A stretch of DNA of 64,000 nucleotides from the NCBI RefSeq assembly GCF_009914755.1, contig NC_060942.1. One strand, 5' to 3'. The translations under genes and the position numbers were made by a program. The notes below the pieces were generated by a model. That model saw nothing but the letters and a program-made list of their open reading frames with translations. It was not told where the DNA came from and did no database searches. The DNA comes from the human T2T-CHM13v2.0 reference genome, Homo sapiens. Of this stretch, positions 43,964-64,000 are shown one piece after another; the first letter of the stretch is position 1; every line of letters starts with the position of its first letter.

Positions 43964-44329
43964 TCACCAATTAAAACCAATCAACCAGCATAGGTATAGA
44001 TCCGCAACCATAAATTATCTCATTTGACCAGGCCTGTTTGCATTGCACCACGCCTATTTGCATCTCTATAGGGTGGTACCAAGTCTGTTTTTTTCATGTT
44101 GCCTTAGTCTTAGTACAGAGCAGAGGCAATGCACACTGATAGTTGGCCGGTGATTCCTAGAAAGCATCAGGAGTATCTTCACAAATACAATTCTATCCAG
44201 TGAGGAGTAGAATCATTTCAAGGGAATAATTTTATTTAATTTAACGTTAGCTCCAGGTCCACTCACCAATCCTTATCCATAATCTCCATTACAAGGCCAG
44301 AATTCTTTTTTTTTTCTTTTTTTTTTTAG

Positions 44330-44624
<295 letters not shown>

Positions 44625-45245
44625 TGATGACTGAACAAGCTCATCAAAGACAGAGTGGTGGAGCAAAAGCAGCCTCGAGTTTCCCAGCCTTTGTGTCATA
44701 TGGCCACACTTCTTCACGTGGTTCGCTGCCTGCTCTCCTCTCCTGGAGACCTTCTCCTTCCTCATTATGTTTCACTTCCTGCTCTTGTTCATTGTTTCAT
44801 TCTCTTTGCTGAGTTCCCTTCTTTCAAAGTTTATTCTCAGTTTGCCATCTGTTTAAAAAAAAATGTATTAAATTTAGAGGCAGGGCCTTGCTATGTTGCC
44901 CAGGCTGGTCTTCAATTCCTGGGCTCAAGTAATCCTCCCGCCTCAGCCTCCCTTCAGACAGTAGCCACTATGCCCAGCCATTTTGCCATCTCTTTTATTC
45001 TCAGCAGATTCTCCGTGGGGACCTCATTCATCCCATGACTTTGACCATCACCTCTATGCAGATGATGCCTACACTAGTAACAACAGCCTTGTCCTAAACA
45101 TTAATTTGTTATTTCCAACTGCCTTCTAGAATCTATTTCACAGATCCTTCCAAGTGAACATGTCCAAACTCTATCTCCTCACCCCAAATCTGCTATTCTT
45201 CCCTATTGCCTAACAAAGTTATTGGCTCATCCACCTTGTAAACTT

Positions 45246-45827
45246 TGTGGGCCAAGAAGAATTAACAAAGCCAGCCCAAGACTGCCTATCCTTAGGAAGT
45301 CCTGCTTACAAGGTTGGCCCTCAGCTGACAAACAGTTCCCTACACTGATATCAAACTTGCCCTAAATGATAAGAAGTATTCACTTTGCCTTAACTGTTTG
45401 TGCAAACAATGTGGTTTATACTGAATGCCTGTTTTCCTTCTGGAGGTCTTGATTTTTGGTAAATGCTAGGCAGAAGGGATCTATGTGACCAGCTCCCGGT
45501 TGAAACCCTGAGCACTAAGTCTTCAATGAGTTTCCTTGGTAGACAACACTTGCTGCCACAACTCGGTTGCTGGAGGAATTAAGCTCATTCTGTGGGAGAG
45601 GTTTCTCAGAAGCTTGCACCTGCTGTCTTCTATCTTTGCTCTATTTTCCTTTTGTCTTTGCTGATTTTGCTATGTGTCTTTTTGCTGTAATCTTAACCAT
45701 GTATTTGAGTATACATGTATATGTAACCATGTATATGAGTATATTTATGAGTAAACTAGATATATGAGTCCTATGTCTTCCTAGCAAGTCACTACACCTG
45801 GGGATGATCTTGGGAATGCCTAACACA
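45246..45827 (+). mobile_element. Old ERV solo LTR (MER21/MER68-like)
   Basis: TG...CA ends; 3' motif tgagtcctatgtcttcctagcaagtcactacacctggggatgatcttgggaatgcctaacaca; subfamily tentative. Confidence 0.55.
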
Positions 45828-47189
45828 CTTTAGCACAATTCTTAGCTCTCCTTTCTTTTCTTCATCCTCTATATTTAATTGTCACCAATTATCATTAACT
45901 CTACCTGCAAGTATTTTCAAAAACATGTCCCATATTCTCCACCTTCACTGCTCTGATGCTACAATTGTGACTCCATCTGGGCACCACTGCCTCCTCCACC
46001 TTCCCCCAGAAAGCAAAAGTAAAATTCCCAAGATTGGAGGACAGCACCAAGACACCACTACAAGGTAGACTGTCTTTCAAAGCCAGTTACCTCAACTGTA
46101 AGATGGGGATGGTAATAGTGTTTATTTCATAGGGTTGTTGTCAGGTGTAAATGAAAAAAATGCGTAACACTTTATAAGATTATCTATCTAAAGTGCTTAG
46201 CACGTAACAATCCTTTAACAAATTTTAGTTGCTGCTTTTATTTTTATTGATTTACTTATTTTGAGACAGGGTCTCACTCTATCACCCAGGCTGGAGTGTA
46301 CCATTGCAGCCTCAACCTCCTGGACTCAAGCCATCCTCCCACCTCAGTCTCCCAAGTAGCTGGGACTGCAGGTGTGAACCACCACCATGTCCGGCTAATT
46401 TTTTTATTTTTAGAGAGATGGGCGTCTCACTATGTTGCCTAGGCTGGTCTTGATCTCCTGAACTCAAGTGATCCACCTCGCCTTGGCCTCCGAAAGTGCT
46501 GGGTTTACAGGCGTGAGCCACCGGGACTCCTCACCTGGCCACTACCTCTGAAACATCCAGTTCTAGCACCAAAAGCACTTTGTTAGGAAATTAGGAACTC
46601 AGCTTCTCACCCCTATAATCTGTAGCCCCCCACCAAAATACAGGCATCTCTGCCTGGTTCTAAGTAGCCTGGTATTTGGGGGCACTCTTTTCCTCTGAGT
46701 AGGTGTCTCAGTGTGGGATTTATGAAGAGACGTAGCTTTCTTGTGGCGGCAGAGGGTGGATGGAGCAGATGGAAGCCAGGATGTTCCTGTAAATCTCCAT
46801 ATTCCTGATGTTACTGCTGCAAATTATTGTCTCCTACACCAACAGTTCTGCAAAACCACCAGCTACTTCACAAGAGAAAGTTATTGCAAAGGACTAAAGG
46901 GCCAGGAGCATCATAAATAATACAAATCAGAAAATTTTCTATTTTCAGCATCTTAAATAACTGTCCCAAGAATTCTTTTCTGAATGAAAACTTTTTGGAA
47001 TCATTTCATTCTCTACAGCAGAGATAATGAAATCATAGGTCCATTACTAAAATAAAGTTTAAATATCTATTTAGGGTCCCAAATATCAATATATTTACAG
47101 AGTTGAATTATTCACCCTAAAATTCCATGCTACTAAAAATCACATAGCAATAACTCTTGATTAAAAACAAAAAGAAAAAAGCAGCAAAG

Positions 47190-49494
47190 GCAAATGGGGT
47201 AGTATATTAACTTTATTTTGAATTATTATATAACATGGAATATGTCATCAAAGAATGAATTAATGAAAAACGTTTGTAGTTCAGTTAAGCAGATGATTTG
47301 CATAGGAATTGCTAGTTTTAAGTCTTAGGATGCGGAGCTAACTGAATTGTCAATTAGATTAACATAGAATAATCATTTACATGTGTGCAAACTAAAATGC
47401 AATTTTGAAAATAACACACCTTTCCGTACAGTCTTTGGTAGGTGATGATTCATTTTCCCTGCTATGGGTAATCTCATCTAGATCAAATGTGATCCTTCTA
47501 AGCTAGACACCTCTTCCCTACAGTAAGAAGGCCTCCATATTGTTCAAGCTACTGGCTTCAATTTTATGGCTCTAATATTGTTCAAGAACATTACCCACTT
47601 AAAACTATTGATGTAATAGGCCAATTACATGTTTTAGTGAAAAACAGTAAGTTTGTGATTCATCCCATTTTGGCTTTTGGAACTTTGTTATCAGTACCCA
47701 TAACGTTTTGCTTTGTATCAGTGATTAGCAACTATTTTTGCCATAAGGGCTAACTAAGGGGAAAATACAAAGCATTTAATGCCATATTATTTTCCTCTTC
47801 AAAATGAATATAGCTTTTTGAAATTCGCACAGGAGAAAATGTATATTTGTACAAATTTGCTGAATAAAAGAATGTCAATGAGGAAATGGCATTGATTTTA
47901 GCCACCAAAATGTTTATATCTGGATGTTTTAGCAACAGAGAGCTTTCTAATATTTTATCCTAGAATCAGGTTGCAGGCTTTTTGTATAGCTGGTCAGGCT
48001 GTAGGCACCTGTGGGGCCTGTGAGTTGCTCATTTGCTTGAGACATTTATCAAAATATGCTGATTTTTGTTGCATTAATTGTTATAAATTTTAAGAGAATA
48101 TCTTCTAATTTTGAAGATTATATTCTATTATTTACTGAATTAAAGATAATCCTTTTAGTAACTCTGAAAGTTGGTTAAACAAAAATTCTTTTGGGATTAC
48201 AACATTTTCCTCTAAAAGTGTCTTTACATAGACACTGACTGAAAACCAGAGCAGAACATGAAGAAATAAGCTAAAGATGTGTTTAAATAGCAGAAATACC
48301 ATTGCGTTTATTTTGGTAGATTACAGAAAGAAGGTTTTATTTTTGTATGTGCAGTTAGGCACTGACTGAGGCATTTAGACACCATTAATTATAAAGTGCA
48401 TTGAATATAAGTTTTGATCCCTTTCAAAGGAATAATTCAATAAACCTCATATTTCATTCTTGGAATCAGTCAACTCAAAAACATGCATAGATGAAGACTT
48501 ACTAAGTGCTAATAACAGTCTTTTATTATTTATATTCCTGCAATAGTAATAGCAACATACTGTACTTGCATATATCACATTTTATCCAAGGACCTCAAAG
48601 TCATTCTATCAAGCAGCACGGTGTTGGAAACTCAAGATTCCACAGCATGTTAGGTATACTTACTTATGGAATAGGAAATAGATTCCCAACAATAGAGCCA
48701 AAATAAAAGACCAAAGAGACAAGCCTATATATTTCTCGTGGTTTATAAGTTTCTGAATTTCCAAATTTGCCACTGGTATTTTAACCTACCTACAATGTTG
48801 ACTCTACGTAAAATTGATTTTTACATGTCAGGAATAAGATGAGGATCAACGAACAAATGCACAGTCTGTCTTTTCTATAGTTCAATAGTCCATCTTTGAA
48901 TAGCACATAATGGAATGTCAGAAGTGGTTTTTTAATAATGTATGTTTACACTTCATTGATTTATAACAATCATGGCTATGGTTCTTGGGTAGAGGAGAAT
49001 GTTTTATACTGGAATGACATACATATGTAGGTAAAATATGATAGATCTATATATTTTAGCACATCTACATTTAACACAAAAGCAAAAGTGCCTCAATCCA
49101 TTGAAGGTCAGCTTTTCAGTCTTTTAAAGGAACAAAGCATTCTGTCTCCTTGCTTAGTACTGAGAACCCTGTCCACCTTAGAGTTTAACTGACAGGTCCA
49201 AGTTAGCATTGTTGAAAATGAGTTTCTGTGGAATCTGTGAACATGCCAGGCCCCCCGGGAGATGAGTTACAGGACACCATGAGAAGTCCATGGTGAAGGG
49301 GCAAGAGGGTCCCTGAGCTGTTTGGTTCTTGACTTCGTGCACAGAGCGTAGCTCTTCTTTGTCAGGGACCCACAGGATGGGCATTCTGGGCATCTTTTTT
49401 TTTCATAAAAGAATTTCCAACACTGCTTGAAATGCAATTTCTTTTTGGACAATGTGGTTAAGCTTTCTATCTTTCTGTCAAATATGGAGCTAAG
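47190..49494 (-). other. ANKRD29: ANKRD29 3' UTR (about 2.3 kb, AT-rich, no obvious repeats); 3' end approximate
   Basis: Follows the stop codon; candidate AATAAA on minus at 47212-47217 followed by U-rich sequence. Confidence 0.65.
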
Positions 49495-49578
49495 TTAGCT
49501 CTTTCTGGGACCTTCTTTACTTCTCAGGAGACGCAATATACGTTCATTTTTGGTTAGTTCTGCCGGAAGTTCATTGGC
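49495..49578 (-). CDS. ANKRD29: ANKRD29 terminal coding exon (ANELPAELTKNERILRLLRSKEGPRKS*)
   Basis: Acceptor ctcttctttcag, 28 codons ending in TAA; in frame with the 60362-60460 exon; matches the remembered ANKRD29 C-terminus. Confidence 0.9.
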   Translation of the reverse strand, partial: ANELPAELTKNERILRLLRSKEGPRKS

Positions 49579-49813
49579 CTGAAAGAAGAGAAGATGGGCA
49601 TTAGTGAATCCCCATAGCTGGTGTGGTTTTAGGGACTCCAAAGAGGGGCATTTGACCCACTCTTTCTCCTTCACTAATGAAAAAAATCCACACTGGACTC
49701 ACTCTTTTATATAAAGGTATTACAAATCTTCTTTAAATGTATAAATATTACTTGTTATATCCTTATCTCATTCTTAGAGACATTTTCCAGCCAGATCCCT
49801 TACTAGACTGTAA

Positions 49814-50632
<819 letters not shown>

Positions 50633-50803
50633 TAGGAAACCTCCAGAGCATAAGAGACACCCGGGAAAGAAGAGCATTGGTGGCTAACACCTTCCACCTT
50701 ACTCAGTATCACTCGAAGGCCTTTCTTTTCACATTGCTGCTGAGATACATCCATTAGGCATCTAGTGAACCAGTCCCTACCATTGACAACAGGTGTGATG
50801 TGG

Positions 50804-54957
<4,154 letters not shown>

Positions 54958-56846
54958 GTATAGAGGAATCAGAAGGACTTTCTTGTGGCCAGGCATGGTG
55001 GCTCATGCCTATAGTTCAGCTACTCAGGAGGCTGAGGCAGGAGTATCACTTAAGCACAGGAGTTCAAGGTTACAGTTAGCTATGATGGCAACACTGCACT
55101 CCAGCCTGGGTGACAGAGACTCTGTCTCTAAAAAGAAAGAAGGATGTTCTGGGAATTTCAGGGGAGGCCATTAAAGGGTAAAGCGGCAGGCAGTATCGGG
55201 GATGGAGGCTTGGTTGTAGATGTTACCTGTCTCACCATATTTTCTTCTCCAGCAGCCAAGCCTGGAACCCCAGTTGCTTTATCTGGAAACTTGATCCTAG
55301 GTGAAACTTCTGCAGTCCCCATCTTCTAGCTGGATCCTGCCCCCTGACCTCTATCTGCTGGCTGGAACCTCACTTGTTAGGAATTGTAAGTTTGTCACAA
55401 GTGGTCTGCTGTGCAGCATGTCCTGTGGCTGCACCCCTTCTCACCACATGGGACCCTGGATGCCGATGCTGGATTCAATCACAGAGGAAATTATTATGCT
55501 ATGCTACTACAGACCAGAGGCTCCTCTATGGGGTCAAGTTCTGTTAGCTTAGTTCCTGCAGGAACAGATATTGTACAGGCCTAACACCTGGGCCTGCAGA
55601 GAAATGCTCCTGGTAAACAGACCTAAGCTTCATCCAGTCTCAGAGCAAACACTCAGGAATAACTGAGCTGTCTACATCAGTGGCTGGTCCATGGTAAGCA
55701 GACTGGCAGGTAGTTAGAGGAACCTCTACAGTCAAGGAGAAGGGAGCTTAAGAAGCTCTACCTCTGTCTACCAGCCTGCCAGCGTGTTGCCTTGTGTGAC
55801 CATCTCCATGAATGTCCATATCCTCTGCTATTAAAAAAAGCTTTATACTTTCAAATCATGTTGTCAAGTTTTGGTCATTCACATCACCATTCTGTCTTCC
55901 ATGCTGTTCTAAAATCCTGGTTTAATTGCTCTTCCCTCCCCGTTAGTCCCCACTAGATTCTCAGGTTGCTGAGATTGTACAGATTGATGTGATGGCGAGT
56001 GCCCCAGGCTAGCCCCTAAAGGCTATCTCGTTCATTATGGAGCAGGAGCATAGGCCCATATTCATGATACTACAGTATTAAACCACTAAATCTCCCCACT
56101 GCTCCTGGGAGAAGATGTGCTCAGTCAAGGGTGTTGGGAACATAAGACCCCTGCACCCAGGGGTATGGCTACAGTCTGAGGAATGGCTATAGTGTGAGGA
56201 ATGGCTGTTGGGGCCACTGGTTGGCCTTCTCCTCAGGCATCTGTCTCGAAGCCCCAGAGCAGAAGTCTTGGAACTCCTGGAGCAGAAGAGTGTTCTGTAC
56301 TAGCTGAGAAGTCACTTTCTCCTGGAAGCCTCCAAACCATTCTTTACTCCCCTGCTTACAGCTGTCACTCCATATTGCAATTGCTTTAATTGTCTTTATT
56401 CCCCACTAAACTCTGAGCTTCATGAAAGCAGCAACTGTGAATCTTATTCACTATGGCATTCCCAGCACATAGCACAGTGCATGGTATCTAGTGTTTGTTG
56501 AATGAAAGAATGAAAGCCAAGAATGCTCCTTCTGCAGGAATCCCAACACCCTTGCCTATGGAGCTGCTATTAGCAAGACTGGCTTCTATGGAGTGGCTGG
56601 TAGGAAGCTGGGGACTTCCCTGGCGGCTCCTCCCAGGTGTCTGAGGGCTTCTGCAGTATGAAGGTCCAACAGGAGTGCCCACACATGTTTTCAAGTCATT
56701 TTTAAGGGAGGGTCCAAAGTCTAGCATTCTGCCCACTGGAAAATACTTATAACCATTATTGCTGGTGATTATTCCATTATTCTAGGAGATGCACAAGGAA
56801 TTGCATTTTTCAGTTTCTATATACAGGTACTAATATTTCCTCCCTG

Positions 56847-57844
<998 letters not shown>

Positions 57845-58465
57845 CTTGCTTGGATTCAGGAGGGTCCAAAGTCCAGCATTTTGCCCACTTGAAATTACTC
57901 ATAACCATTATTGTTGGTAGTTATTCCATTATTCTAGGAGACACACAAGGAATTGCATTTTTCAGTTCCTATGTAAAGGTATTAATGTTTCCTCCTTGCC
58001 TTAATTCAGGACTGGATAGCTCACCAACAAAGACTGGTCTCTTTAGGAAGTCTGTGCACAAGGTCTAAAGATAAGATCTAAAGAAAGGCAATTGTGATTT
58101 CAACTGGCTTATCACACAGCCAGGCCAGCTAATGGAAAACAAATCCAAGTATCTAAGGAGAGATAAGCAGAAATGTTATAGACAAGCAATTCAATGGGAA
58201 TGGGGAAGTAATACTTCTACATGCTGAGTCAAATGAAAAAAGTGACCCCTGGCATGTTGTTTAACTGGCACTTCTTAAGGTTTCTTTTCAAAATGTCATG
58301 AAATGTTATATGTTTTTGTTTTTATTATTAAAAAAAAATTTAACACAGTAAGATATGCTTAGAAAAATTCAGAGTATGTTAAGTATAAAGTAAAAGTTGC
58401 TTTTCATATCCTCCTCTATTCGTAAACACCAATACCACTTTCTCCTCCAAAAGTTTGTAGTTTAT

Positions 58466-60212
<1,747 letters not shown>

Positions 60213-60361
60213 TCACTAATCACCTACTAACAGCAACCTTGAATGCCCTTACTATGCAAAGAATGAAGATGGTGACTGGAGCCAGGGAGATGTTTATCCT
60301 TCCTGGCCTAGGAGGACACATCAATGGGCCCAAACGAGTTAAAAGATTGCTTAGTGGGTAC

Positions 60362-60460
60362 CTTGTTTCTCAGGGATGGGTCTGCCCCTGCTTCTAGGAG
60401 CAGCGCAACTGTTTTAATGTTTCCACTGAGCACTGCTGCATGGAGCGCTGATGTCCCATT
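60362..60460 (-). CDS. ANKRD29: ANKRD29 penultimate coding exon (NGTSALHAAVLSGNIKTVALLLEAGADPSLRNK), one ankyrin repeat
   Basis: 99 nt = 33 codons, acceptor cttag, donor gtaccc; GxSALH...LL..GAD ankyrin motif; not in the ORF track. Confidence 0.92.
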
Positions 60461-61371
60461 CTAAGAGAAAATGACAGTGTGTGTCAGGAGTGAGCTCACA
60501 GCCATTGGCATTCAGCATGGCTTTCATCATAAACCATCTGGGTGATAAGACTGTAACCTCATACCCGTAACCTTCCTTATCTTGCCTTGTACTTTTCAAA
60601 GTCACATCAGCCCCTAGTATAGTGTCCTTGGATACATAACCAATGGTCAGTACAAATATTGCTAATGTTCTCTTACAAGTGAAATAAGGAATAGGGCTGA
60701 GGGGACACATGACTTCATGGTCACTCAGTCTGTTTTACATACTTTGGAACTTGCTGCAGAAGAAACAACAACGCCGTGCCCAACATTTTTGTTCTTCAAG
60801 GACAACACGTAAGGACAACACGTACAGTCTGTAGTTTTGCTGAGCCACTTCCAGCGAGGTTAGAGGAAGAGCTGTTTAGCCAACGGGCTGACCTGTCAGA
60901 CCAGCTACAGACACTCTGAGCACTCAGGTGGGCAGGACTGTGATTGTGGAGCTACAGGGCTTAAGAGGAAGGGTATGTGGGGTGAGGCAATGCCCCGGAG
61001 CTTTGAGTTGGAGCATTTTTGAGCACAGAAGGGCCTCATAGGTCAGTTGTTAATGTTTTATGACATTTACTGCAAATATTTATCAAAATAAGGAACCAGC
61101 TAAATGCAGCATGTAGCTGGACCACGGAGAGGAGGGGAGGAGACTATAACAAAACTAAGAACAGTGGGCAGTCATAAGACATGGTTCTAGAGGGTACATA
61201 TGTCCATAAATAGTACCTAATGCAAACTTAGTTTCCTAATTAGTTGCTCATAATAAAAACCACTCTGATTTTGTAAAAGAGTAAAATATCATACCCAGAG
61301 AAAAATTCCCACAAAGTAGCATTTTTCTATGGTTGCTTTTAAGTATGTATGATAATTCACTACTCTTGTAA

Positions 61372-63998
<2,627 letters not shown>

Positions 63999-64000
63999 TA

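Noticed and set aside
55145-55840. About 700 bp of unique-looking sequence ending in ATTAAA plus an A run, a possible processed pseudogene
   Set aside because: No TSD, intact frame or recognisable parent gene found by eye; BLAST or Dfam would be needed
60798-60823. Perfect 13-bp tandem duplication aaggacaacacgt x2
   Set aside because: Ordinary slippage-type microduplication in an intron

Overview
Human (or very close primate) genomic DNA. The left 35 kb holds the 5' half of NPC1 (Niemann-Pick C1 cholesterol transporter) on the minus strand: coding exons 1-9 with GT-AG boundaries and a CpG-island promoter at about 34.4-35.4 kb. About 12 kb of intergenic, repeat-rich DNA follows, then the last two coding exons and long 3' UTR of ANKRD29, also on the minus strand. 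The rest is mostly retroelements: roughly 60 Alus, L1, L2/MIR, LTR12C, LTR8, MLT1 and hAT-Charlie. There are also two retroposed RNA copies (Y1 RNA and the 28S rRNA 3' end). Nearly all other ORFs in the track are Alu, L1, LTR or GC-content artefacts. I see no new protein-coding system. The best leads are regulatory: (1) a sense-oriented solo LTR12C in NPC1 intron 1 with 12 CCAAT boxes, a TATA-like box, a poly(A) signal and a consensus GTAAGT donor just outside it, which could be an HDAC-inhibitor-inducible alternative NPC1 first exon; (2) a phase-compatible ANKRD29-to-NPC1 read-through splice; (3) latent pseudoexons. Gene and repeat names come from recognition, not database searches, and repeat coordinates are approximate.
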